DNA of 64,000 nucleotides from a virus (Duplodnaviria; Caudoviricetes): IMG/VR virus record IMGVR_UViG_2595698396_000001, positions 1 to 64,000 of that record; one strand, 5' to 3'. Shown piece by piece: positions 8,582 to 17,939 of this stretch (position 1 is its first letter; each line of letters starts with the position of its first letter). The notes under the pieces were generated by a model. It saw only the letters and a program-made list of their open reading frames with translations, ran no database searches and was not told where the DNA came from. The position numbers and the translations under genes were made by a program.

Positions 8582-8848
8582 ATGGCTATATTAAATAGAA
8601 TGCCAAGACTCTATACACCCTATCAAGATAAGAGGAATTTTAAAAAATTGTTAAACTCTAATGGTGACTACTCTAAAATAAGAGTGACATTTAAATTCGC
8701 AGACGGTAGTGAAAAAGAGATGGAACATGATCCTGATTTCTATATGAATGAAGGTAAACCTATTCTATTATATAGAGTAGTTGAAAAACTTAATACGCTG
8801 AAACATGAGTTTCAGGCAATTGAATACTCAATGCAAATAGTAAATTAA
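8582..8848 (+). CDS. hypothetical protein
   Basis: 88-aa ORF in a co-directional run. Confidence 0.65.
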   Translation: MAILNRMPRLYTPYQDKRNFKKLLNSNGDYSKIRVTFKFADGSEKEMEHDPDFYMNEGKPILLYRVVEKLNTLKHEFQAIEYSMQIVN

Positions 8849-8868
8849 TAACTTAAATAAATATACAA

Positions 8869-9177
8869 ATGGGTACTATTATAGGAAACCACAAATTACA
8901 TTTCGTTTATGAAAACGAACCTTTAGTGTTAAATCATAACCAAACAATTGAAAAACTTCAAAAAACAACAACTTGTGTTGTAACTGAAAACAATGAAGAA
9001 AACACTGAAGTAGCTAGAGGTACAGTTAAACTATATCATAAGGATATTGACCAAAACGTTACAGCTCGCCATAATGCTTTTAATAAAGCTATTGATAGTA
9101 TCGAAAGTAGAGAGCTTAAAGGTCAGATTATAGCAGGTTATTATAATTCTCCTATAAAAAAACCTAAAACTAAATAA
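8869..9177 (+). CDS. hypothetical protein
   Basis: 102-aa ORF. Confidence 0.65.
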   Translation: MGTIIGNHKLHFVYENEPLVLNHNQTIEKLQKTTTCVVTENNEENTEVARGTVKLYHKDIDQNVTARHNAFNKAIDSIESRELKGQIIAGYYNSPIKKPKTK

Positions 9178-9178
9178 C

Positions 9179-9568
9179 ATGAATGATGAGGAAATAAATT
9201 ACAAACTTAAATGTATAATTTTTCCTAAATTATTCGATTATCATGACGCATTACTTAAACATAAGTATAAAACTCATGATGATAAATTATTTAGATATTT
9301 CCTAAAGTTACTTGAAATTGAATTTAAACTTCATTTCGCAAAACCAGATATTTTTGATAGGCAGAATTATATTATGACCTATGAAAATGAAATTGTGTAT
9401 ATAGCTGAAATAGATTATGATTCAAATAAATTATCCTTAGTTCAAAATTTATTAATGACTAGAATTAATAAATGTATTATAAAATTAATGGATGAGTTTG
9501 AAGATGTTCATGTTCAAGTTAACTATAGAAAATTCATAAGAAAAATACAATATAAATTAGTACATTAA
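9179..9568 (+). CDS. hypothetical protein
   Basis: 129-aa ORF. Confidence 0.65.
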   Translation: MNDEEINYKLKCIIFPKLFDYHDALLKHKYKTHDDKLFRYFLKLLEIEFKLHFAKPDIFDRQNYIMTYENEIVYIAEIDYDSNKLSLVQNLLMTRINKCIIKLMDEFEDVHVQVNYRKFIRKIQYKLVH

Positions 9569-9604
9569 AAAAAGCCAACTGTCCATATGATAGTTGGCTT
9601 TTTT
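9568..9604 (+). terminator. intrinsic terminator
   Basis: AAAAAAGCCAACT-loop-AGTTGGCTTTTTT. Confidence 0.75.
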
Positions 9605-9635
9605 CTTACTTTTAAATTTTTAGCCAATGAGGTAG

Positions 9636-10573
9636 ATGAAATATATTTATGATGAAGAGACATATCCTAATATGTTTTTAATATGTTTTAAAGATATTGA
9701 GAGCAAAGGATACTACAAATTTGAAATTAGTGATAGAAAGAATGAAATTGAACAATTATATAACTTTTTATCACAGGACGACATAGTATTAATAGGATTT
9801 AATAATTTAAACTTCGATTATCCTGTATTACATAATACTATATTAAAAGAAAGGAGGAACTGGAGTGCGCAGGAGATCTATAGAGAGGCTCAAAACATTA
9901 TTGAAGCTGAGTATTCAGCTGTAAGAGAAAACGAGGTTAAAATCCCTCAAATTGACTTATATAGAATATGGCATTATGATAACAAAAATAAAGCTACTAG
10001 TCTTAAATGGTTAGAATTTGCAATGTTATGGGATAAGCTACAAGATTTACCATATAAAGTAGGAAGTGTATTAACTTTTGAAGAAATGGAAAATGTTGTA
10101 AGCTATTGTTATAATGATGTAGACGCTACTGAAAGATTTTACTATGTAAGTGAGAAACATATTGAAATTAGAACATTTTATAGTGAGCTCGAAGGTGTAG
10201 ACCTTATGAATGCCTCAGAGATTAAAATGTCTAAAGAAATATTCTCAAAAGCATTAGCTAAACATATGGGTATATCTCAATGGGATGTTAAAAAACTTAG
10301 AACATTTAGAAAAAGTGTAGATATAAAGGATATTATATTCCCTTATATAAAATTTAATGATCCTGGTAATCAAGATGCTCTAGCACAGTTTGAAAGATTT
10401 AAATGGATTGATACTTCTAACATGACTAAGGCTGAAGCTAAGAAACATTCTCTAAGTTTTAGTGCTAAGTATAAGAATGTAACTAGAGAATTTGCAGAGG
10501 GTGGATTACATTCATTTGGTAAAGCTGGTATATATGAATCAGATGATGATTATGTATTAGTAGATGTCGACTT
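9636..10573 (+). CDS. polB: family B DNA polymerase, exon 1 (3'-5' exonuclease to start of motif A)
   Basis: ExoI DEETYPN, ExoII GFNNLNFDYP, ExoIII YCYNDVDAT, GGLHS; ends at VDVDF. Confidence 0.92.
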
Positions 10574-11000
10574 TAAAGTGGAGTAGACAATAAACAATAG
10601 CATGAATTGCTGGAAAACTAAATTAAAAAATTATGAAAAATGAAACTATAATTAAAGGTAAAGAATATAGTCTTGACCTTGGTGCTTCTGCACCAGTAGA
10701 AGTAAGAGTATTAGAAATAATAAAAGATACTATAAAAGTAGAATACTTAAACTCAACTCCTGGTAGAATAGAAACATTTAGTAGAAAAGATTTTGAATAT
10801 TTTATTTAATATGTCAATCAGCAGCGAAGCCTACAGAGTAGGAACGTTCAGAGACTACCTGAGCTATAGCGATATAGCTTAATAACAGGAAGTAGTATAG
10901 TTTAGTCACTATATGAAAAAGCGTGCTAAATTTTATAATTATATAAAATTAAGATATAGTCCGACACTCTTGGAAACAAGAGATTAACACAGTAGTTATG
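10574..11000 (+). mobile_element. group I intron (IA2-like, 427 nt) in polB
   Basis: P1 GTCGACTT/GAGTAGAC with U-G at 10573/10581; P10 AGTG/CGCT; P element GAATTGCTGGAA; Q element AATCAGCAGCGAAG; R element GTTCAGAGACTA; P7.1/P7.2 hairpins; P3 TAGCAT/GTGCTA; S element AAGATATAGTCC; terminal G 11000. Splicing restores VDVDFASYYP. Confidence 0.93.
10633..10809 (+). CDS. intron-encoded 58-aa protein, no recognisable nuclease motif
   Basis: MKNETIIKGKEYSLDLGASAPVEVRVLEIIKDTIKVEYLNSTPGRIETFSRKDFEYFI*, in the P5 loop with an A-rich leader. Confidence 0.65.
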   Translation: MKNETIIKGKEYSLDLGASAPVEVRVLEIIKDTIKVEYLNSTPGRIETFSRKDFEYFI

Positions 11001-12081
11001 CGCTAGCTACTATCCTCATATATCATTTAGAAATAAACTACATCCTGAACATATCCCTGAACCTATATTTTCTAAGATATATGAAGGATTTTATAAGGAA
11101 AGGAAAAATTTCCCTAAAACAGATCCTAGAAATTATGTATTAAAGATTATATTAAATGGTAGTTATGGTCTAAGTAAGGATAAGTTTGCATTTTTATATG
11201 ACCCTAAATGGCAATTAGCTATTTGCATAAATGGACAACTAATACTAACATTACTAACAGAAAAAGTCTTTGAAAAATGTAAAATACAACCTCAAATTAT
11301 TTTTGAAAACACTGATGGAGCTATGTATCGTATTCATCGCTCTGATATGGATCTACTCAATGAAGCTTGTGCTGACGTTGAACGAATTGTGGATATACCA
11401 TTGGAAACTCAGATCTGTAAGAAGATAATTGCGAGGGACGTAAACAATTATATTAATATTATAGATGATAAAACTATAAAATATAAAGGTTGTTTTGAGA
11501 TAAATAGAGATTATCATAAAAATCATAGTAAACGTATAATACCCTTAGCATTAGCTAACTATTATATAAATAATGTACCAATTGAAAAAACTATTCTTAA
11601 TCATTTTAATACATCTGAATATAATATACCAATTGATAAGAAGTCTCATACTAACATCCCCCAGGATAAAGACTATTATCAATCTAAAGGTATTTATGAC
11701 TTTTGTATAGGTAGTAAAATGAAAGGTGGAAATGTCTTATATGAAAGAATAATAACAAATACAGTATTAGATAAAAGACTTCAAAAGGTTAATAGATATT
11801 ATATATCTAATTCAGGTAATGATTTTGTAAAAATATTACCACCTTTAGAAAAATCTTATATTCCAGCTACTGAGTTACATAGACAAAATGTAGATTCTTC
11901 TCAACTTAATATTTTCGATCTTGTTAGTGATGAAACATTGATTGAACCTAAAAATAGAGAATCAAGTTTAGAAGCTGGTTGGAAGTGTACATTATTTAAT
12001 GATTTTAAAAAACAAGAAAAATATGATATAAATTATCATTATTATATTAATGAATGTAAAAAAATTATTAATAAATTATAA
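11001..12081 (+). CDS. polB: family B DNA polymerase, exon 2 (spliced product 672 aa)
   Basis: Frame open from 11002: ASYYP (motif A), KIILNGSYG (motif B), ENTDG (motif C), RDVNNYI, KYKG. Confidence 0.92.
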
Positions 12082-12084
12082 CTT

Positions 12085-12237
12085 ATGAAGCAGCCATGTC
12101 CCATGTGTATGGGAAGTAAAGAGATTTTCACAGGCTCTAAAGTTGAAACATGTAATACATGTGATGACGACGGGAATGTAACACAAGAATTTTTAGATAT
12201 TGTAGAACATAATGATGAGTATGAAGGAGATTTTTAA
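12085..12237 (+). CDS. DnaJ-type Zn-finger mini-protein (50 aa, not in track)
   Basis: MKQPCPMCMGSK...CNTCDDDG. Confidence 0.6.
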   Translation: MKQPCPMCMGSKEIFTGSKVETCNTCDDDGNVTQEFLDIVEHNDEYEGDF

Positions 12238-12823
12238 CAAAATTCTTTTAAACTTAAATATAATAGCAGTATCAAATATCAACATTAATCAATTATTAAC
12301 TTTAATTTTCATTTATTGTAACACTATACATAAACAACATTTCGATTATATAATAGACCTTAAAGATATTGACATTCTTCAGGAGAAGAAAATGATAAGA
12401 GTAATATCACCAGGTTCTTACATATTAAGAGATTTAGGTAAAAAAATAATAGAGTTATCAATAAACGTAAAAATAGAAGATAAGAAACCAATAGAGGTAT
12501 ATGAAGAACACAAGCTAGAAGACCTTGTAGATGCTATTAGAGATAAGTTTAAAGGTCTAAAACGAGGTGCAATGGGTGATAGAAAAGCACTTATTGAAAA
12601 GTTAACACGATGGAGAATTAATAATCCTGAAATTACTGCTGAACAAATACTAGAAGCAGTTGTTAATTATTTAGATTCACAATCTAATTTAACTTATATT
12701 CAAAGAGCTGACTATTTCATTTATAAGAAATCAGGTCAGACTGAAACATCAAGACTATCAATTTGGGTAGATGAACTTAAAACACCAACTGAGAATTCAG
12801 ATTGGGCTAGTGAAATAACATAA
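12212..12823 (+). CDS. hypothetical replication-associated protein
   Basis: 203-aa ORF between polB and dnaB; role inferred from position only. Confidence 0.7.
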   Translation: MMSMKEIFNKILLNLNIIAVSNININQLLTLIFIYCNTIHKQHFDYIIDLKDIDILQEKKMIRVISPGSYILRDLGKKIIELSINVKIEDKKPIEVYEEHKLEDLVDAIRDKFKGLKRGAMGDRKALIEKLTRWRINNPEITAEQILEAVVNYLDSQSNLTYIQRADYFIYKKSGQTETSRLSIWVDELKTPTENSDWASEIT

Positions 12824-12826
12824 CCT

Positions 12827-12985
12827 ATGTTTATATTTCATGTAAAAATTAACAAAGACGATCGTGAATATAAATCTGATTTTAAAACCGTACATCAAGC
12901 CATAGATCAAATTAGAATTGATATTAAAGCTGAATATGGTAAAAAAATTAGATTTCATATTTATGATATTAAAACAATTAAATGA
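12827..12985 (+). CDS. small hypothetical protein (52 aa, not in track)
   Basis: MFIFHVKINKDD...KTIK*; ATGA overlap with dnaB. Confidence 0.55.
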   Translation: MFIFHVKINKDDREYKSDFKTVHQAIDQIRIDIKAEYGKKIRFHIYDIKTIK

Positions 12986-13149
12986 GCAGTTTATTCGATA
13001 GAGTACAAAAAAGTATCATTGAAAAACGAGAAAGAAAACTTTCTGGTAAGATAAATAGTATACCTTTTGGTTTCCCAAGATTTGAAGAAGAAGTCCCAGG
13101 AATTGAACAAGGAAAATATTATTTAGTTACAGCTAATAGTAAAGTGGGT
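12982..13149 (+). CDS. dnaB: DnaB-like replicative helicase, exon 1
   Basis: IPFGFPRFEEEVPGIEQGKYYLVTANSKVG is the lead-in and first part of Walker A. Confidence 0.9.
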
Positions 13150-13221
13150 AGACAGATTTGCCCCATTATATGGTAATGTATAATGCAAACTCAGAATTTT
13201 ATTAATCAATAACAATTACAA

Positions 13222-14061
13222 ATGAAAATAATAATAGAAGCCATTAGAGGTAAAGAACTAGATGCAATTTATTCATATAAATCTCAATATGAAGTGAGTA
13301 AATATAAAATGGATTGTGCTGATTCTTTTATGTCTAGAAGAGGTTATCCTAGTGGAAATTCATTTACAAGTGAAAACTATAAAAATTACATTATGGATTT
13401 TTTAGGTTTTAAAATAGTTCAAACTGATATTAAAGATTTCGTAGATATAGAAACTAGCATGCCTGATACATTTAAAGTATTAAAGGCTTTTGGTGCTGAA
13501 ATTAAAGGTTCTTCTGTAAGAACTGACTATAAACAAAAAGCTTGGATATTATTTAAATTATTTAGATTAAACCGAACCCAAGAAGGTGTTAATATACTTA
13601 AAAAAACTTCTGAATTATTAGAATTTACAGATGAACCACTTACTGCTTTTATAGCAGGGAGTTTAACTGAATATTTACTAAATAATAACACTTTAGCTAT
13701 TACGAATAATGGAGCATTATTTAGATTATATTTTAATATATTACCTTCAAGTCCTAAAATATTTAATATTCCTTATAGTCAAAAATTAGAAGATTGGTAC
13801 AAAGTAATATGTAATAATCTTGACATTACTACCTCTTTTGATTATATGGAGGCTAAGTCTAAATATTTAAATAAAGCTAGAGGTTCTTATACATTCACGA
13901 CTGCAGCGGTTTCATCTGACACGGCTTTTAAAAAATTACCTAAATCTGAAAAGGATCGTTGTAAAGATTTCACAAAAGCTGTAGCTTTAGAAGATTGGAA
14001 AAAGGTAGTTTCACTAATACAAATGAAAGACTATTACGACTCAGATATTATAAATCGTTGA
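13222..14061 (+). CDS. intron cargo gene 1, hypothetical 279 aa
   Basis: Enclosed by stem TATTAATCAA(13200-09)/TTGATTAATA(14058-67); no LAGLIDADG, GIY-YIG or HNH motif seen. Confidence 0.8.
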   Translation: MKIIIEAIRGKELDAIYSYKSQYEVSKYKMDCADSFMSRRGYPSGNSFTSENYKNYIMDFLGFKIVQTDIKDFVDIETSMPDTFKVLKAFGAEIKGSSVRTDYKQKAWILFKLFRLNRTQEGVNILKKTSELLEFTDEPLTAFIAGSLTEYLLNNNTLAITNNGALFRLYFNILPSSPKIFNIPYSQKLEDWYKVICNNLDITTSFDYMEAKSKYLNKARGSYTFTTAAVSSDTAFKKLPKSEKDRCKDFTKAVALEDWKKVVSLIQMKDYYDSDIINR

Positions 14062-14143
14062 TTAATAGACTTTATCATATATTCAAATAATGATATGATA
14101 GGGAACGGGGAAAACCTTTTTTAAAAATTTAAGAATTTAACAA

Positions 14144-14838
14144 ATGACAAAAAAAATAACAAAAAAATAGTAGTTAAAGAAGAACCTAAGATAACTCTAA
14201 TACAGGGTTCACGTAGGCATATAACTAAATTTTATCCTCTTAAATGGAATATTAACAATTCATATAAAATTAACACTAGTCTTGCATGTGGAGATTATAT
14301 GAAAAGTTATGAATATTATAAAATGATTGCTAAATCTGAAGATATTACTTTATTATTTAAGATTTTCAAACATTTAGAACCAGATTGGTTATGCAAACGT
14401 AATCGTAATACACTGTATTTCGGTGATATGAAGCATAAATATAGAGGTATGATGTTTAAATTAGCTAGATATGTTAGAAATAAAAGTATTAGAGTAATAC
14501 TTGAAAATATATTATTGCTTTTAGAAGAAGGTTTTCCAATTTGGGAAGCTATTCCATTAGGACATCACAGTGTAGCTAGTATACCTAGTTATTATAATAG
14601 TTCTATAGATTTAATAATGGTTAATTGGACTTATGATAGCCGTAAGGTTTTAATGTATTCTAATAATTCACCTGTTAGATATAAAACTTTAAGTTTATTT
14701 AAAACAAAATGTATCAGAGCGAATTATTGGAATCATATATTTGCTTCCCCACATAGCACTCTTACAATTGCGACCTTTAGAAAACTATTTAACGACAAAA
14801 ACTATGACGAACTCAAAAAAATTCTTGAAAATCAGTAA
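14144..14838 (+). CDS. intron cargo gene 2, probable paralog of cargo gene 1; apparent 1-nt frameshift in an A-run near the start
   Basis: ATG at 14144 hits TAG after 8 codons; adjacent frame is open through 14161 into track ORF 14299-14838; enclosed by stem 14128-38/14819-29. Confidence 0.7.
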
Positions 14839-15052
14839 AGAAGACAATCCCGTGCCGTCACTTGAAGAAAAAATAAATAAAATAATTGATGATTGCATTG
14901 AAGCTGGAGGAACAGCTCAAGATGTAAAAAATTCAATACCTCATTTATTTTTTAAAGAAAACGGTGTAGAGACTGACAATGAGGAACCTGCTTGTGCTTT
15001 ATGTTTAAGAAAAGAGCATCAAATTGCTATGTGCATGGTGTGTCAAGACTAG
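14804..15052 (+). CDS. possible 82-aa CxxC-CxxC protein overlapping the ribozyme core
   Basis: MTNSKKF...LEEKINKIIDDCIEAGG...CALC...CMVCQD*. Confidence 0.4.
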   Translation: MTNSKKFLKISKEDNPVPSLEEKINKIIDDCIEAGGTAQDVKNSIPHLFFKENGVETDNEEPACALCLRKEHQIAMCMVCQD

Positions 15053-15120
15053 GTTCATGAGACAGTCCAAGCTATAAAAATAAATTTAAATCAATTACAA
15101 ATAAATAAACAAATACAATT

Positions 15121-15735
15121 ATGAAAACAATTAGATGTATCAACGCTAAATCTTACAATTTAACAGAAGGAAGAGAATATGTAACTCTTAATGACACTGA
15201 TAACGACTCTCGTTATATGGTAGATAATGATAGAGGGTTAGCTAGAAACTATGATGCTTCGTTATTTGAAGATGTAGTTACTACTCTAACTGATGAAGAA
15301 ATTATAGCAAGTATAACTCCATTAGAGGATAATCTTGTTTCAATTGAAACTAGAGAAGGTGAAACTGTAAATGTTAGTTTCTTAAACGGAGCTATTTTAC
15401 AAAGAACTAATATGAGCTGTGGTATTTTTGAATTAACAGGTATTAATAATATTTCAGCTAGAATGACTGAATTTGTAGAAAATAATTTTACAGATGAAAC
15501 TCCTGAGTTTAAACTTAGATTAGCTCAATTAATATTCTTAACTGGATTTCAGTCTAGTACTGAAGAAATACCTTTTGCAAGTATTGTACTTTCAACTAAT
15601 ACTAATGCTCCATGCTTCAATGTAATAGATGGAGTATTAAGTGATAGAGGAGGTATTGTTGAAACAATGCAAAATCCTAATTCAGGTAATGAAATTAGAT
15701 TTTGGTATATTACAAAAGATCAAATAACTGCGTAG
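15121..15735 (+). CDS. intron cargo gene 3, hypothetical 204 aa
   Basis: In the P9 loop, closed by TTAAATCAATTAC(15086-98)/GTAGTTGATTTAA(15732-44); small beta-rich N-terminal domain; no nuclease motif seen. Confidence 0.8.
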   Translation: MKTIRCINAKSYNLTEGREYVTLNDTDNDSRYMVDNDRGLARNYDASLFEDVVTTLTDEEIIASITPLEDNLVSIETREGETVNVSFLNGAILQRTNMSCGIFELTGINNISARMTEFVENNFTDETPEFKLRLAQLIFLTGFQSSTEEIPFASIVLSTNTNAPCFNVIDGVLSDRGGIVETMQNPNSGNEIRFWYITKDQITA

Positions 15736-15765
15736 TTGATTTAATATTAAATTATAGAACGATAG

Positions 15766-16707
15766 AAATCACAAATTACTGATCAACTTTTTGTAAACAA
15801 TCCATTCGATTATGTTTATAGAAATAAGACCTCCAGATTAAAGATATTTTACTTTAGTCTGGAGATGTCTAAAGAGCAAAAGCTAACACAAGTTATATGT
15901 AATAGATTATATATTGATTCTGGTACAAAGATTCGTATAGATCCTAAACGTATGAGGAGTGTTAAAGAGCCTCTTGATCAAGCTGTAGTAGATAAAATAG
16001 CAGACTTAAAAGACTATTTAGAAGAATTTGAAAAATGTGTAACATTTATTGATAGTATAAAGCATCCAACAGGAATTTATAAATTCATGGAAGATTATGC
16101 TAACTCACATGGTACAACATATTACAAAGATGTAACTTTTACAAAAGATGGTAAAGAATTCGTACATAACGTATTTGATTACTATGAAGCTGATGACCCT
16201 GAAGAATACGTAATTATTGTAGTAGATCACGCATCATTATTAACTAATGAAAATGATTTAAATCAACACGGTTCAATAGCTAAATTATCTTCTGAATATT
16301 TTGTAAAATTACGAAATAGATTTAAATACAGTCCTGTTTTAATTCAACAACAAGCTTCTTCTCAAGAAAGTGTTGAAAATATGAAGGCTAATAGATTAAA
16401 GCCTACGTTAGATGGTCTAGCTGAGTGTAAATTAACTCAGAGAGATGCGGATGTAGTATTAGGTTTATTTAGTCCTTTTAGACATAGAATTAAACAATAT
16501 CCTGAAAGTAATGGATATGATATTACATTCTTTAAAGATAACATTAGATTTTTAGAAGTAATAGCATCAAGAGAAGGTGGAGGTAACACAGTGTGTCCTT
16601 TATTTTTTGATGGAGCTGTTAACTTTTTCAAAGAGTTACCTTTATATGACGATACGAATGCGATAGAAGAAGTTAAAAAATTTATTAAAAACAATAGAAA
16701 AAAATAG
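15766..16707 (+). CDS. dnaB: DnaB-like replicative helicase, exon 2 (spliced product 369 aa)
   Basis: KSQITD completes Walker A (ANSKVGKS); FYFSLEMS, IIVVDH (Walker B), LIQQQ, QRDADVVLGL, SREG. Confidence 0.9.
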   Translation, partial: KSQITDQLFVNNPFDYVYRNKTSRLKIFYFSLEMSKEQKLTQVICNRLYIDSGTKIRIDPKRMRSVKEPLDQAVVDKIADLKDYLEEFEKCVTFIDSIKHPTGIYKFMEDYANSHGTTYYKDVTFTKDGKEFVHNVFDYYEADDPEEYVIIVVDHASLLTNENDLNQHGSIAKLSSEYFVKLRNRFKYSPVLIQQQASSQESVENMKANRLKPTLDGLAECKLTQRDADVVLGLFSPFRHRIKQYPESNGYDITFFKDNIRFLEVIASREGGGNTVCPLFFDGAVNFFKELPLYDDTNAIEEVKKFIKNNRKK

Positions 16708-16860
16708 AAAAAACAAAAAAATGTAATAGTTGTAGGGGAACTTCATGAATTATTTTTAGATTATCTTGAAAATATTACAGATATCCCAAATGTAATTTCA
16801 GCCAGGGTTCAAAATGATCTTTCATTAGGTAATGCTATTGCTGATTTAGGTAGTAGATAT

Positions 16861-17484
16861 ATGACAGGGTTTGTGGATTATTTAAACTCTAATGACTATT
16901 TATTGCAATTTTACGCTAATAGTTCAGATAGTCATGGTTTAATTCCTGATAACAGTTATAAATTTACAGACGTAAGAAATGTAATGCCAGGCGTTAGGAG
17001 TTCAGACATTGTTAGTGATGGTAATCGTAATACCTTACTAATACCTGGGCAAGATCCTCTGAATCCTGGTGAAGCTGCTATTTCAGTTAATTATTTTAGT
17101 AAAAATAGAATTAGATTTGCAGGTAATTTAACAGATGTTAAAAGTGGAGATAATCATACTGAATTACTCTATGGTAATTACATTTTAAATCATATGTGTA
17201 GAGTAGTAGTTTTATCAAGTGATAAAATATTTCATGTTAGAAGTTTATCTGATAAACTTAACGAATGTAAATCTAAAAAAACAGAACTTTTAAATGAGAT
17301 TCAAAAACTTGATAGTAAAATTGAAAGTTATTCTTGGGTATTAGATTATATGAGTCAAAATAAAATCATAAAAGAATCTAAATCTTTAGTAAAAGCTAAA
17401 ATGTTATTAGCTAGTATAAAAGAGGATGAAGCTGATGATAATAAATTGACTAATATAACTGAGTTATTTGAACTTTCAATTTAA
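16861..17484 (+). CDS. hypothetical protein with C-terminal coiled coil (true start probably upstream)
   Basis: Frame is open back to 16708. Confidence 0.7.
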   Translation: MTGFVDYLNSNDYLLQFYANSSDSHGLIPDNSYKFTDVRNVMPGVRSSDIVSDGNRNTLLIPGQDPLNPGEAAISVNYFSKNRIRFAGNLTDVKSGDNHTELLYGNYILNHMCRVVVLSSDKIFHVRSLSDKLNECKSKKTELLNEIQKLDSKIESYSWVLDYMSQNKIIKESKSLVKAKMLLASIKEDEADDNKLTNITELFELSI

Positions 17485-17488
17485 CATT

Positions 17489-17926
17489 ATGTTCGGTAAA
17501 AAACAAGATCAATTTGATAATATTTTAAATAATATATCAGTAGTAGAAAAACTTAAGTTAGATGAAAACCCTAAAAATGCCGACTTGAAAAAGAAGGCTT
17601 TAGGGTTAACTTGGGACGAATTGAAAAGTAGAGGTATAACAACTGAAACTATTCAATTCGATGATGATAATGAATTTGTGACTATTTTTAGAGAATTTGA
17701 AGCTACTGATGGTAGTATTTCAAGAAATTCTACACATTATATTACTAAAAAGCGTTATGATGAACTTATTGGTATGGCGGATATAGAAGATGTAACAGAC
17801 GAAATCGAAATGTTACAATCTGATATTGAATCTTATAGTAAGTTAAATGAATTTGAAACTTGTGCTGTAATACGTCAAGAGATTGAATTTTTAAAAGATA
17901 CATTTAACATAAAAGGAGAAGTTTAA
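17489..17926 (+). CDS. hypothetical protein with C-terminal UVR-like coiled coil
   Basis: EFETCAVIRQEI resembles the UVR motif. Confidence 0.6.
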   Translation: MFGKKQDQFDNILNNISVVEKLKLDENPKNADLKKKALGLTWDELKSRGITTETIQFDDDNEFVTIFREFEATDGSISRNSTHYITKKRYDELIGMADIEDVTDEIEMLQSDIESYSKLNEFETCAVIRQEIEFLKDTFNIKGEV

Positions 17927-17939
17927 TGAAAAAATAGAA

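Larger units (their letters stand above)
13150..15765 (+). mobile_element. group I intron (2616 nt) in dnaB carrying multiple genes
   Basis: P1 GGGT/GCCC (U13149-G13160); P10 GATTT(13155-59)/AAATC(15766-70); P2 with GTAA tetraloop; P3 CTCA(13190)/TGAG(14980); P4 ACGGG(14105)/CCCGT(14849); P6 GCCG/CGGT; P7 GACTG(14971)/CAGTC(15063); P8 GAACCT/AGGTTC; P9 CTATAA/TTATAG; terminal G 15765. Confidence 0.9.

Noticed and set aside
10574-15765. Split genes, pseudogenes or inteins as the explanation for fragmented polB and dnaB
   Set aside because: The inserts contain in-frame stops and complete group I core elements with P1/P10, and splicing restores the catalytic motifs exactly.
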